From Thermoplasmata archaeon (GTDB taxonomy: Archaea; Thermoplasmatota; Thermoplasmata; Lutacidiplasmatales; UBA184), in contig DATGZO010000006.1 in the NCBI GenBank assembly GCA_035297105.1, positions 5,415 to 69,414 of the forward strand: a DNA stretch of 64,000 nt, written 5' to 3'. Position 1 is the first letter of the stretch. Every line of letters begins with the position of its first letter. The translations under genes and the position numbers were made by a program. Below the pieces are notes generated by a model. That model did no database searches. It saw only the letters and a program-made list of their open reading frames with translations, and was not told where the DNA came from. Positions 47,303 through 57,412 of the stretch are shown in pieces.

Positions 47303-48319
47303 CTAACGCGGGGGGGCCCTTCGGGCGAGCTGCGCTGCCCCGATCATCGCCGCGTCCTCGGCAAACCGGGCGCGGACGACCCGCGCGCCGGCGGCCGGGG
47401 GTTGGCAGCGGTACCGAACGGCCCGTTCGACCGCCGGGACCCAATCGGGCATCCCGGCGACCAGCCCTCCGCTCATCACCAGAAGGGAGGGGTTGAACGC
47501 GTTGACCACACTCACGGCTCCGTCCGTGAGATACTGTTCGGTCTCGGCCACCAGACGGACGGCCAGAGGGTCCCCGGCCCGGAACTCCTGGAAGACCGTG
47601 TGGGCCGTGATCTGTTCGATCGTGCCCGCGCGTCGAACGAGGGCCGCCCCTCCGCTCGGGTCGGCCTCGACCTCGAGCCGGGCTCGCTCGCCGATCGCCC
47701 AACCTCCCACGTAGGCCTCGAAGCACCCGGCGTTCGGGCAGTGGCATCGACGCCCGCCGGAAACGATCGTGATGTGACCCACCTCGCCCGCGGCATGGGT
47801 TCCTCCCTCCACGAGGACGCCCCCCAGGACCGCGGATCCGCCGATGCCCGTCCCCAGGGCGAGGCAGAAGAGGTCGGATGTGCCCACCCCGGCCCCGAAC
47901 TGCCATTCCGCGTAGGTGGCGGCCCGGGCATCGTTCACGACGGCGACCGGGGTTCCGAGCTCGTGGGCGATGCGGGGCCCGAGCGGGACGTTCCTCCATC
48001 CCAGGTTCGGCGCGTGGATCACCATGCCGGATGGAGGATCGACCTGCGCGGCCACGGCGACCCCCACCGCGAGCGGGGGTTCCGAGGCCCAGTCGAGACA
48101 CGTTCGCGCGGCCCTCAGGACGGCCGAGATGACCCCGTCCGGCCCGTCGTTGGCGTGCAGGTGCCGCCCGCTGTGGTGGATGACCTCGCCGTGCGCGTTG
48201 ACGAGGCCGCTGACGACCTTGGTCGCTCCGAGGTCGATCCCGAGCGTGAGGTCCGCCGTTCGTGCGACGGACGGTTCGCTACTCTTCGGGGATCTGGCCC
48301 GCGTGCTCCGACTCGGCAT
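47303..48319 (-). CDS. ROK family sugar kinase (glucokinase-like)
   Basis: DLGATK, NDARAA, GTGIGG, GEVGH, CHC...GCFE. Confidence 0.93.
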   Translation of the reverse strand: MPSRSTRARSPKSSEPSVARTADLTLGIDLGATKVVSGLVNAHGEVIHHSGRHLHANDGPDGVISAVLRAARTCLDWASEPPLAVGVAVAAQVDPPSGMVIHAPNLGWRNVPLGPRIAHELGTPVAVVNDARAATYAEWQFGAGVGTSDLFCLALGTGIGGSAVLGGVLVEGGTHAAGEVGHITIVSGGRRCHCPNAGCFEAYVGGWAIGERARLEVEADPSGGAALVRRAGTIEQITAHTVFQEFRAGDPLAVRLVAETEQYLTDGAVSVVNAFNPSLLVMSGGLVAGMPDWVPAVERAVRYRCQPPAAGARVVRARFAEDAAMIGAAQLARRAPPR

Positions 48320-50144
48320 ACTTGTGGACCACGTCGACGTACGTCGAGTGCGACCAGGTCAATGGGGTCGCGCTCTTGGGCTCTCCGGTGGTCCGGTCGA
48401 GCTGCTCGGGAAGCAGCTCGGTGGGGGTACCGTGCTGCGCCACCCACTCGATCAGCTCCCGGCACCGGTTCCGGTCGCCGAGCCGGAGGCGCGCCTCGGC
48501 GAGCCAGAGCGTCGCGATGATCCAGGGATTCTCGTTCCCGTAGTAGAGGTCCCCCTCATACCGAGCCAGCCCTCCCACTCCGGGACACCAGAGACGGGCC
48601 TCGATCCCGTCGACCGTGGACCGGGCTCGCGGGTCGTTCCAAGGAAGCAACCCGAGCTTGAGCGCGAGCAGGACCGAGGCGTCGAGCCGGTCGTCCCGGG
48701 GAGTGATCGACCGGAGGAACCGGCCGCGATCCGAGTCCCAGAGATGGCGGAGCGCCGCCGTCCGGATCTCCTCGCTCGCCCGGCGCCACGCTCCGGGGTC
48801 CTTGCCGATCTCCGAGGCGATCCGGGCGGCCCGCTCGAGCGCGTGGGCCACCGCCGACGTGGAGTACGTGTGGATCCCGAGCCGTTCCTCCCACAGGTCG
48901 AAGCTGGGGGCGGGCAGGTGGGTGACCGGGTCCCGGAACCCTTCCAGGAAGGCGGCGGCCCCCTTCACCAGCGGCCAGAGGTCGACGAGGACGTCGGGGT
49001 CGGCGCCCCGCTTGAAGTGGTGCCAGACGGCGGCGATGACCGAAGCGGTCTGGTCGATCTGGAGGAACGGCGGCGGGTGCCAGGTGCTGCCGATGGCGCC
49101 GTCCGGGAAGTGACGGTGGAAGAACGACCCGTCGGCACTCTGGCAGGCCTTGGCAAAATCGAGGAACCGGGCGGCGTTCTCGTAGAGCCCCGCCTCGTCC
49201 ATCGCTTTCGAGACGTACCCCCCGTCGCGCCACCAGCAGTAGTTGTACGTGTCCCCGGCCGCGACCAGGGATCGGGTGTCGGGGGAGGCGATGATCGCAC
49301 CGTTCGCTCCGGTGCAGTGTCGAAGGAGGATCACGCTCTGTCGGTAGACGTCCTTCGCGCGCTCGCTCAGGTCGCGCGGTGGGTTGGGGAGCCGGCGCTT
49401 GGTCCAGGTCTCCCAGAACCGCTCGGACTCGAGTACGAACCGGGCCGAGCCTCCGTTCCGGACGTAGTCCCGGACCTGGTGGACCGCCGGCAAGGACCGC
49501 CCGGCGACCAGGAAGAGCCGGAGCTCCGTGTCCGTATCCGGACGCGCCTCGACGTCCCATTCCATCACGCTGTCCGCCGCCCCGTGGGCCACGGCCCGGC
49601 CCTCGAGCCGCCCGTCCTCCGCATCGACGTACGTTCCGCGGAGCCCCTTCAGCGTGTGCTCGCCGCAGACGGCCCGGGTGTACGCGGGGTCGCTGAAGAA
49701 CTCGAAAAAGTACCCCCGCTTGTAATGGACAAGGGAGGGGATCGACGGGTCGACGTACGCGGTGTCCTGGTACATCGACTCCGCGATCTGGAACGCGTGG
49801 TAGGCGAAGAGCCGTAGCGACCGGGCCGGGTCGGCCCGGATCCGGTACACCCGGGCGATGAGGTCGTGGTTCGGGTGCACGTGGTCCCGGATGCCGAGCG
49901 AGATCCCGTGCCCCTTCCACGTCGACTCGGGAAGGTGCCCGGCTCCGTACGGGGCCTGGGTGATTTCGTAGCCGTTGCCACGGCGCAGCCATCCGAAGCG
50001 GGAGGCCCCGACGTCGAACACGCCGACCCGGGCCTCCCGGAGCTGTTGGAACTGGCCGGGATAGGGGTAGAAGAGTTCGTTCCAGTCCCCATGTTCGTTG
50101 ACCGTCAGGAGGACGCGGCCGTTCCCGGTCAGGCCCGTGATCAT
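48279..50144 (-). CDS. GH15 glucoamylase
   Basis: YNYCWWRDG, QIDQT, DLWEE, LLPEQ, PLTWSH. Confidence 0.93.
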   Translation of the reverse strand: MITGLTGNGRVLLTVNEHGDWNELFYPYPGQFQQLREARVGVFDVGASRFGWLRRGNGYEITQAPYGAGHLPESTWKGHGISLGIRDHVHPNHDLIARVYRIRADPARSLRLFAYHAFQIAESMYQDTAYVDPSIPSLVHYKRGYFFEFFSDPAYTRAVCGEHTLKGLRGTYVDAEDGRLEGRAVAHGAADSVMEWDVEARPDTDTELRLFLVAGRSLPAVHQVRDYVRNGGSARFVLESERFWETWTKRRLPNPPRDLSERAKDVYRQSVILLRHCTGANGAIIASPDTRSLVAAGDTYNYCWWRDGGYVSKAMDEAGLYENAARFLDFAKACQSADGSFFHRHFPDGAIGSTWHPPPFLQIDQTASVIAAVWHHFKRGADPDVLVDLWPLVKGAAAFLEGFRDPVTHLPAPSFDLWEERLGIHTYSTSAVAHALERAARIASEIGKDPGAWRRASEEIRTAALRHLWDSDRGRFLRSITPRDDRLDASVLLALKLGLLPWNDPRARSTVDGIEARLWCPGVGGLARYEGDLYYGNENPWIIATLWLAEARLRLGDRNRCRELIEWVAQHGTPTELLPEQLDRTTGEPKSATPLTWSHSTYVDVVHKYAESEHAGQIPEE

Positions 50145-50265
50145 GAACCGTCCCGGGCCATTGCGGGCGCGCGGCGAACCCCACCGTTCATGGTCGGGGA
50201 AGGACGGGGCCGCGGGCTCGTATAACCCCTCGGTTACAATGGCCGCGTCGCGGCCGGGGTGCGGG

Positions 50266-51459
50266 TCACTTCAGGATGGGCACGCCCAGCCGTTCGAGGG
50301 CTCTCCGACGCAGGTCGGTGAGGGCGTTCATGTAGTTCGCGTAGGCGTCGTATGGGCTGTCGTAGCTCGAGAAGTACTCGTGGACACCCTGGTCCGCGCC
50401 GTGGCCGCCGACGTACATGTAGTAGAAGTGGTCGGAGGTGAGGAGCTTTCGCCAGTCCGTGAGAATGGCGGGGTCGTTGGCCCGACGGGCGACCAGGCCG
50501 ACCTTCTTCGCCGCCTCGAAGGCCGAACGCTGCAGGTCGTTGCCCAGCCAGGCCCCCAGATCCCGGTTCTGGTCGGCCCAGCTCATCGTGTAGGGGACGC
50601 TGAGGGGACCCCGGGGGACTCCCTGGATCGCCTCGTCGACCGTGGCCCATCCCAAGTGCGGGTGCTGGGCCACCTTGTCGGGGAGAGCGCTCAGGAAGTC
50701 CAGGATCCCCGTGCGGGCCGAGTGGTGCTCCCCGAACGTCTCGAAGTCCATGAACAGCCCGACCAGCTCGCCCGGAGTGGAGGCGATCCAATCCGCGTAC
50801 TTCTCCGCAGTGAGGGGGTATTCGGACCAGCCGGTCGAGGAGAACCGGAACCCGACGTCGTCGCTCAGCGGGTAGTGACGGAGCAGCAGCATCACGGTCG
50901 GCGCGGGCGCAGCGCAGTACCGCATCGTGGCCGGTTCGCCCTGGAGGGCGCCCTCCCAGCCTTCCGCCAGCATCCCGTGGAACCGCTCGCTTTCCGCGAA
51001 CCGGGCCAGGTCGTCGGAGTAGGCGAGCTCCGTCATCCGGAGCACCTTCGGGTTCGCGCCGAACTCGCTGTGGAGCATCGCCCGGTGCATCTCGACCTCC
51101 TCATGGAGCTCGGGCGGAGGGAGGAGGAAGGCGAGGGAGTGGTAGTACGTCTCCGCGACCAGCGCGACCTGGCCGGTACGGTAGAGCTCGCGGACGCGGT
51201 CGAGCACCTCGGGGGCCGCGAGACGGGCCTGCTCCAGGAACGTGCCCGTGATGGAGAGGCTCACCCGGAACTCGGACCGCTCCCGCGCCGACCGGATGAG
51301 CCGGTCGAGCGTCGGAATGTAGCAACGGTCCGCGATGCCCCGGAAGATCGCGAGATTGCGTTCGACGTCAAAGTACGAGCGGCCCGAGCCCAGGTCGAGG
51401 TAGCGGAATCGGGCCAGCCGCCAGGGCTGGTGCATGTGCAGGTAGAGGACGATCTTCAC
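50266..51459 (-). CDS. GH57 alpha-amylase family protein
   Basis: HMHQP, ETYYHSL, TELAY, MDFETFGEH, TSDHFYYM. GTG at 51459 overlaps the upstream stop. Confidence 0.94.
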   Translation of the reverse strand: MKIVLYLHMHQPWRLARFRYLDLGSGRSYFDVERNLAIFRGIADRCYIPTLDRLIRSARERSEFRVSLSITGTFLEQARLAAPEVLDRVRELYRTGQVALVAETYYHSLAFLLPPPELHEEVEMHRAMLHSEFGANPKVLRMTELAYSDDLARFAESERFHGMLAEGWEGALQGEPATMRYCAAPAPTVMLLLRHYPLSDDVGFRFSSTGWSEYPLTAEKYADWIASTPGELVGLFMDFETFGEHHSARTGILDFLSALPDKVAQHPHLGWATVDEAIQGVPRGPLSVPYTMSWADQNRDLGAWLGNDLQRSAFEAAKKVGLVARRANDPAILTDWRKLLTSDHFYYMYVGGHGADQGVHEYFSSYDSPYDAYANYMNALTDLRRRALERLGVPILK

Positions 51460-52853
51460 CGCCGGCCCGCCACGTTCATCGCCTCGAGATAGACCGACAC
51501 CGTCTCCCGAGCGCGCTCGGACCATCCCTCTCGGAGCGCTTCCCACTGCCCCTGCTCACCCATGGCGCGGCTCAGGGTCGGGTACTCCAGCAGTTCCGCG
51601 ATCCGGCTCGCGAACTCCTCGACGTCCCAGAAGTCGACGTGGAAGATGCCCTGGGAGATCTCCGCGACCCCGCTCGTCTTGGAGACGATCGTCGGCACTC
51701 CGGCGGCCATCGCCTCCAGCGCGGCGATGCCGAACGGCTCGACGACCGAGGGAAGGACAAAGACCGAAGCACCGGAGAGGAGAATCTCCCGCTCCTCCTC
51801 GGAGACCCGTCCCAAGAACATCACCCGGTCCCCGATCCCGAGGGCGGCGGTCAGGTGGAGGAGCCGGGAGTACTCCGACCCCTCGCCGGCGATCACGAAC
51901 AGGACGTCCGGGAAAACCGGCACGACCCGAGCGGCCGCCCGCAGGAAGGTGTCGACGCCCTTCATCGCCGCGAGCCTACCGACGAAGAGCACGACGCGGC
52001 GATGCGGGTCGATGTTCGCCAGTCGGTCGCTCGGCCGCACTGCGTTGTAGATCACGCGGATGCGGCCCGGGTCCGCGTGATAGCGGTCGATCAGCTGCTG
52101 CCGGAGGTGTCGGCTCACGGCGATCACCCGCGTCGCGGCGTCGATGCCCCGCTGTTCGCGGTCCAGGATGTGGCCCCACGGGTTCCCGAGCGAGCGGTCG
52201 TATTCGGTCGAATGGACGGTCATGACGAGCGGGCGGCCCATCCGGTGGGCGAGACCGTTCCCCCCCTCGGTCCCGAACCAGTCGTGGACGTGGATGACGT
52301 CAACGTTCCCGAGGTCCGAAAGGTTGGCGACCCAGGTGTTGTACCCGTCCGTCGCGTTCCAGAACGGGCTTCCGGGAACGTTGCCCGCCCAGTACGCGGG
52401 CGGAAACTCGCTCGGCTTTCCCCCCTCGGGAGAGCCGGGGTATCGGATCGTCACCCCCTCGACGGGGGTGAACGGGCCGGTGAAGGGCGTCAGGAAGGTG
52501 ATGCGATGGCCGAGCCTCGTGAGCTCCTTGGCGAGTTCGTAGCAGTGGACCCCGAGGCCGCCCGTGTGATGCGGCGGCCACTCCCAACCCACCATGACGA
52601 TGTGGAGGGGTCGAGGGGCGGTGAGCAGTCGGACCCGGGAGGGAACCCGGGACGGGCGAGGGAGCGGCAACGGGTTCGTGGCGAGCTCATCGATCCCTCC
52701 CCCGGGGACGGCGGCGGGGGTCGCCCTTCGGACCTCGGGTTTCGTGCGGCCGCTAGCCCGCCGGCCCTTGCGCCTCTTTCGGGCCGGCGGCGGGCTCCGA
52801 CGAGCCGAGTGGTGCACCTCCGAGGAGGAACGGGTTGGGGTCTTGCGCTTCAC
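51456..52853 (-). CDS. GT4 glycosyltransferase (glycogen/alpha-glucan synthase-like)
   Basis: GWEWPP..TGGLG, HVHDW, HSTEYDR, EPFGIAALEAM. Start uncertain; basic N-terminal extension. Confidence 0.92.
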   Translation of the reverse strand: MKRKTPTRSSSEVHHSARRSPPPARKRRKGRRASGRTKPEVRRATPAAVPGGGIDELATNPLPLPRPSRVPSRVRLLTAPRPLHIVMVGWEWPPHHTGGLGVHCYELAKELTRLGHRITFLTPFTGPFTPVEGVTIRYPGSPEGGKPSEFPPAYWAGNVPGSPFWNATDGYNTWVANLSDLGNVDVIHVHDWFGTEGGNGLAHRMGRPLVMTVHSTEYDRSLGNPWGHILDREQRGIDAATRVIAVSRHLRQQLIDRYHADPGRIRVIYNAVRPSDRLANIDPHRRVVLFVGRLAAMKGVDTFLRAAARVVPVFPDVLFVIAGEGSEYSRLLHLTAALGIGDRVMFLGRVSEEEREILLSGASVFVLPSVVEPFGIAALEAMAAGVPTIVSKTSGVAEISQGIFHVDFWDVEEFASRIAELLEYPTLSRAMGEQGQWEALREGWSERARETVSVYLEAMNVAGRR

Positions 52854-52931
52854 GACGGGTCGCCCATCAAACTGGGGCACTTGAACCCGCCGCCTGCGGA
52901 TCGTGCCCACGTACGGGGCGGCGAGGGAGCG

Positions 52932-53630
52932 TCAGAACCCGGCGAGCAGTTCTTCGATCGCGGCGCGAGGCGAGGAGGCGCGGGTGACCGCGCTCGCCAC
53001 CAGGATCCCACGGGCGCCGAGCTCGAGGGCGACCGCCACGTCCCGACGGTGATGGACGCCGGCCCCGCAGAGGACCGCGGTGGTCGGGGAGATGGCGGCC
53101 ACAGCCCTTACGGTGCCCGACACGACCTCGGGACGGGCGGTGGAGACCGCTCGGTCCCCGCCGATCAGCTCGGGGGGCTCGACGGCGAGGTAGGCGGGAT
53201 GGGTCCGGGCGAGCCGCCGGGCGGCCTGCTGGTCCCGGGCGCAGACGACGGCGACGAGACCGAGCCGGTGGAGTCGGGTGACCGTCTCGCGGGTCTCGGC
53301 CGGTGACAAGGGATGCTCCGAGTGGTTGACGAGGCTCCCCTTTCCGCCCGCCGCCGCCACCGACTCGGGTGGGACGAACCCCGTGTGGGCCCCCGTGGCG
53401 ACCGAGTCCACGTGCTGGGCCAGGACCGGGATTCGGAGGGAGCTCGCCAGTCGTCCCAGGTCGGGCGTGGCGGGGGCGACCGCGACGGGGACATCCGCCG
53501 CGCGACCCAACTCTTCCAGGAAGCGTCCGACGCGTTCGGCCCCAGGACCCAGGGCGGAGGGGTAGGCTTTGAGGTTCACCAGGAGCAAAGGCCGCCCCAG
53601 GGGGGCGGAATCAGTGCGGCGCGACGGCAC
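52932..53630 (-). CDS. tpiA: Triosephosphate isomerase (archaeal type)
   Basis: VNLKAY, AQHVD, NHSEH, AVEPPELIG, LCGAGV, LVAS. GTG start inferred. Confidence 0.95.
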   Translation of the reverse strand: MPSRRTDSAPLGRPLLLVNLKAYPSALGPGAERVGRFLEELGRAADVPVAVAPATPDLGRLASSLRIPVLAQHVDSVATGAHTGFVPPESVAAAGGKGSLVNHSEHPLSPAETRETVTRLHRLGLVAVVCARDQQAARRLARTHPAYLAVEPPELIGGDRAVSTARPEVVSGTVRAVAAISPTTAVLCGAGVHHRRDVAVALELGARGILVASAVTRASSPRAAIEELLAGF

Positions 53631-53820
53631 GGGTCCGCTTCGGGCGCGAACAGATGGCATACTCGTCGCCGTCGAAGAAGACCTCCCGGTCCGGGTGCTT
53701 CCGCTGGAGCTCGGAGATGCGGGTGAGGACGTCCTCGAGGGTGGTCGATTCGTCATTCGGGTCGATCCGTACGTGCACGGTCTTCTCGGGGTGGTCGTGT
53801 CCACGACCCGTATCGACCAT
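53611..53820 (-). CDS. Small hypothetical protein upstream of tpiA
   Basis: 69 aa, globular-looking (HPDREVFFDGDEYAICSR), preceded by a CTTATAG TATA box near 53855-53861. Confidence 0.75.
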   Translation of the reverse strand: MVDTGRGHDHPEKTVHVRIDPNDESTTLEDVLTRISELQRKHPDREVFFDGDEYAICSRPKRTRAVAPH

Positions 53821-54020
53821 CGCGCACCGAGGGAGCCGGAAGCGGCGGGGGGGCTATAAGGGTTCGACAAGCACCAGGAGTCGTAAAACCCGCCCACCCC
53901 GCGGGGCCGGAAGGGAACGGCGAAGCCATTCGCGTGGGTCCGAAAACCAATGGAGGAACCGGTTCCCGGGCCGAGGGCAAACGTTCCGGCCCGCGGCCGG
54001 GAAGGGGTTGGAGAGGTCGC

Positions 54021-56129
54021 CTACTCCTGCTCGCCGAACCGCTTGATATCTTCGGGAACGTCCTTGGTCACGACCGGGGCGGCTCCCTGGACCTGGACCC
54101 GCACCTTCTCGACGATGTCGGGGTTGGCCAGCGTTGTTACGTCGCCGATGGCCATCCGGTTCGAGATGCTGGCGAGTACCCGCCGCATGATCTTCCCCGA
54201 GCGGGTCTTCGGCATGTCGGGGACGACGTAGACGTTCTTCGGCCGCGCGATCTTCCCGATGATGTCCTCCACGGCCTTCACGACCTTCTTGGAGACCTCT
54301 TCCGCCTGGCCCTCGTGCCCCGGCTTCAGCGAGATGTAGAGGTCGGGGACCCGGCCGCGGGTCTCGTCTGCCACGGGCACGACCGCGGCCTCGGCGACCT
54401 CGGACACCGTGAGGATCGCCGATTCGATCTCCTTCGTCCCGAGCCGGTGGCCCGCGACATTGATCACGTCGTCGACGCGGCCCAGGATGCGGAAGTAGCC
54501 GTCGGGGGATTGGGTCGCTCCGTCTCCGGCGAAGTAGGGCCAGTCCCGCCAGTCCGTGCTCTTGGGATCCTTGTTGTACTTTGCGTAGTAGGTCTTCACG
54601 AAGCGATCCGGGTCGCCCCAGATCGTCTGGAAGATCCCGGGCCATGGGTTGCGGATGCAGATGTTTCCCGCGATGCCCGAGCCCCGCTTGACCTCCTGAC
54701 CGTTCTCGTCGTAGAGCACCGGGTGAACCCCCAGCACCGGCGGACCCGCGCTTCCCGGTTTCATCGGGTCGAGGCCGGGGATCGTCGAACAGAGGAAGCC
54801 CCCGTTCTCGGTCTGCCACCAGGTGTCGACGATTACCGCGGAGCCCTTTCCGACGACCTCATAGTACCAGCGCCAGACCGCTGGCTCGATCGGTTCCCCG
54901 ACGGTCGTCATGTGCTTGAACTTGTAGTGGTACTTCTTCGGCTCGTCGGGTCCGGCCTTCCGTAGCATCCGGATCGAGGTCGGGGCCGTGTGGAAGATGT
55001 TCACCCCGAGCCGTTCCGCGATGCGCCACACCCGACCCGCGTCGGGAAAGGTCGGCACCCCCTCGTACATTACGCTCGTGGCCGCCAGCGCGAGCGGACC
55101 GTACACGATGTAGGAGTGGCCGGTGATCCACCCGATGTCGGCCATGCACCAGTAGACGTCGGTCGGGTGGATGTCCTGGTAGTACTTCGCCGTCCCCGTG
55201 ACGTAGGCGAGGTAGCCGCCGGTGCTGTGTTGGCAGCCCTTCGGCTTCCCCGTGGTCCCGCTCGTGTACATCAGGAACAGCGGGGCCTCGGCGGGCATCG
55301 AAACGGGCTCGATGCGGTGTCCCCGGTACTTCTTCAGGAGGTCGTTCACGACGAAGTCCCGTCCCTCGACGTACGGCGACTTGGTGGAGTTCTTGCCCGG
55401 GTAACGCTGCCAGACGAGCACCTTCTCGACCTTGTGCCCGTTCTCCTCTGACGTCTTGAGCGCGATGTCGGCCTGGAGTTTGTGGTCGCTGAGGGTGCCG
55501 TTGCGGTAGTACCCGTCCATGTAGATCAGGAGCCGGCTCTGCGAGTCCGCGGCCCGCGAGCCGCACGCCTGGCCCGAGAACCCTCCGAAGACGACCGAGT
55601 GGATCACTCCGAGCCGGGCGCAAGCGAGCATGGTGACCGGCAGCTCGACGCACATCGGCATGTGCACCGTGACCCGGTCGCCGGCCTTCAGGCCGCAGTG
55701 GTCGCGCAGGACCGCGGCCATCTCGTTGACCCGTGTGTAGAGCTCCTGATAGGTGACCGTGACGACCGGCTCGTCCTCCGGCTCGGGGACGTAGATCAGA
55801 GCCGCCTTGTTCCGGTACTTCGCGAGGTGTCGGTCGATGCAGTTGTAGCTGACATTGAGCCGCCCGCCGACGAACCACTTCCAGAACGGAGCGTGGCTCG
55901 TGTCGAGCGTCGTCGTCCAGTACTTGTCCCAGCTCAGGAGGTCCCCGTACTCCTTGAAACAGTCAGGGAACTTGTCGATCGTGAACCGATCCCGGAAGGA
56001 CGGGTCGGTCAGGTTCGCCTGACCCACGAACGACGGCGGAGGTACGATGTGTTCCTCCTCTCCCCAATGGACCGCGATCTGGGCTTCACTGGTCTCGGTC
56101 GCCTCTTCCCGTATCGTCTTGGTTGCCAT
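54021..56129 (-). CDS. acs: Acetyl-CoA synthetase (AMP-forming)
   Basis: YTSGTTGKPKG, DIGWITGHSY, DTWWQTE, PKTRSGKIMRR. Confidence 0.97.
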   Translation of the reverse strand: MATKTIREEATETSEAQIAVHWGEEEHIVPPPSFVGQANLTDPSFRDRFTIDKFPDCFKEYGDLLSWDKYWTTTLDTSHAPFWKWFVGGRLNVSYNCIDRHLAKYRNKAALIYVPEPEDEPVVTVTYQELYTRVNEMAAVLRDHCGLKAGDRVTVHMPMCVELPVTMLACARLGVIHSVVFGGFSGQACGSRAADSQSRLLIYMDGYYRNGTLSDHKLQADIALKTSEENGHKVEKVLVWQRYPGKNSTKSPYVEGRDFVVNDLLKKYRGHRIEPVSMPAEAPLFLMYTSGTTGKPKGCQHSTGGYLAYVTGTAKYYQDIHPTDVYWCMADIGWITGHSYIVYGPLALAATSVMYEGVPTFPDAGRVWRIAERLGVNIFHTAPTSIRMLRKAGPDEPKKYHYKFKHMTTVGEPIEPAVWRWYYEVVGKGSAVIVDTWWQTENGGFLCSTIPGLDPMKPGSAGPPVLGVHPVLYDENGQEVKRGSGIAGNICIRNPWPGIFQTIWGDPDRFVKTYYAKYNKDPKSTDWRDWPYFAGDGATQSPDGYFRILGRVDDVINVAGHRLGTKEIESAILTVSEVAEAAVVPVADETRGRVPDLYISLKPGHEGQAEEVSKKVVKAVEDIIGKIARPKNVYVVPDMPKTRSGKIMRRVLASISNRMAIGDVTTLANPDIVEKVRVQVQGAAPVVTKDVPEDIKRFGEQE

Positions 56130-56254
56130 CGGTTCCTCGCCCCTCCCCGGGTCGACCGGACCGTATCTGCCGGGCTCCCCGGAAGGGTAGCCGTTCCATC
56201 GCGGTGAGATATTAAAGCGTGCGTAACCCTAGCTCGGCACCCGGCCCGTCCTCG

Positions 56255-56992
56255 TCAACCGCTGCCCGTGGGAACCGCGGTCGGAGCGTACGTTGGGATC
56301 CGAACCAGGTGGATACCGGCCACGAGGGACCAGAGCAGGACGGGTGCCACAATCAACCGTTCCATCCCCCCCACCCCCAATCCGGAGTACGTCCCGTTGA
56401 GGAAGAGCACGAGCGCGATCAGGTCGACCAGGCCCGACACCATCGTGAAGGTGCGGAAGCCGTCCCAGCGCGTGTCCCGGAACATCGCGAACCCGAGGAC
56501 GATGAGGGCGAGACCCCCACCGGCGAAAGCGAGGAGGGCCGAGAGGGAGTGGATCGTGATGTTGACATCCTCCGGGGAGAGGCCGACGCCAATCGAGCCC
56601 AAGCCGGCGAGGGCGAGCAGCCCGAGCCCGATCCTGCGGGACTTGCGGGGCCGAAAGCCCGTCCGGATGAGGAGGACGGCGAGAACGATGAGGATCCCCA
56701 TGACGATGATCCCGACGTTGAACACGTCGTGCCACGGTGAGCAGGCGTAGTGGCCGCCGAACGAGCCGGTGCCACCGAAGACTCCGCAGTTCACGGCGCC
56801 GAGGTCGGAGATGTAGTTCTTGCTCAAGCTGTACGAAGAACCGTAACCGATCTGGGTCACGATCATCGCGACCAGGAACTCGACCGACGCCAGAATCAGT
56901 AGGAGGGCACCGTGATGCACCGAGCGATGTACCAGGGGACCATACCGTTCGCGAGGAAGCCGCGGGGTCGCGGCCTCGTCGGCGCCGGCCAT
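56255..56992 (-). CDS. DUF998 family membrane protein
   Basis: YSLSKNYISDLG, SPWHDVFN, H in TM4, GGMERL. Confidence 0.85.
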   Translation of the reverse strand: MAGADEAATPRLPRERYGPLVHRSVHHGALLLILASVEFLVAMIVTQIGYGSSYSLSKNYISDLGAVNCGVFGGTGSFGGHYACSPWHDVFNVGIIVMGILIVLAVLLIRTGFRPRKSRRIGLGLLALAGLGSIGVGLSPEDVNITIHSLSALLAFAGGGLALIVLGFAMFRDTRWDGFRTFTMVSGLVDLIALVLFLNGTYSGLGVGGMERLIVAPVLLWSLVAGIHLVRIPTYAPTAVPTGSG

Positions 56993-56999
56993 GAGATCT

Positions 57000-57143
57000 C
57001 TACTCCTCGCGCGCGTTCCGTTGGTACGAGGCGTCGCTCGCCCGCTTCAGGCGAGCTCCGTCGCGGTCGCAGGTCGGACGTGCGCTCGGGGGGACGTCGA
57101 TGACGTAGCCCCCGCCGCACTTGGGACATTCATAGTACGGCAT
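57000..57143 (-). CDS. 47-aa zinc-ribbon microprotein (not in ORF track)
   Basis: MPYYECPKCGGGYVIDVPPSARPTCDRDGARLKRASDASYQRNAREE; CTTTATAG about 35 nt upstream; its 3' GAGGAG could serve as RBS of the DUF998 gene. Confidence 0.75.
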   Translation of the reverse strand: MPYYECPKCGGGYVIDVPPSARPTCDRDGARLKRASDASYQRNAREE

Positions 57144-57412
57144 GTCGACAACCCTGCCCGGCCGAGCGCAGGTCCGCTATAAAGGGGTCACGATACAGCC
57201 GTAGGGGGCCGACCATCGAGGAAAGGAAGGTTCGCCCGGCCCGCACGGCCTCTTCCGGGAGAGGCGGGGGGCGTCGCGCTCCTGCGCCCCGAGGAGCACG
57301 GGCCACGCCCGCCGGATCGACGGAGGAAGATCCCCGGACCCGGTTCCAGCGCCTCGACGAGTATCGGGTATCCCGTGAGTGGGAGCGCTACGAGGGCACC
57401 GCGCAGCGACGA

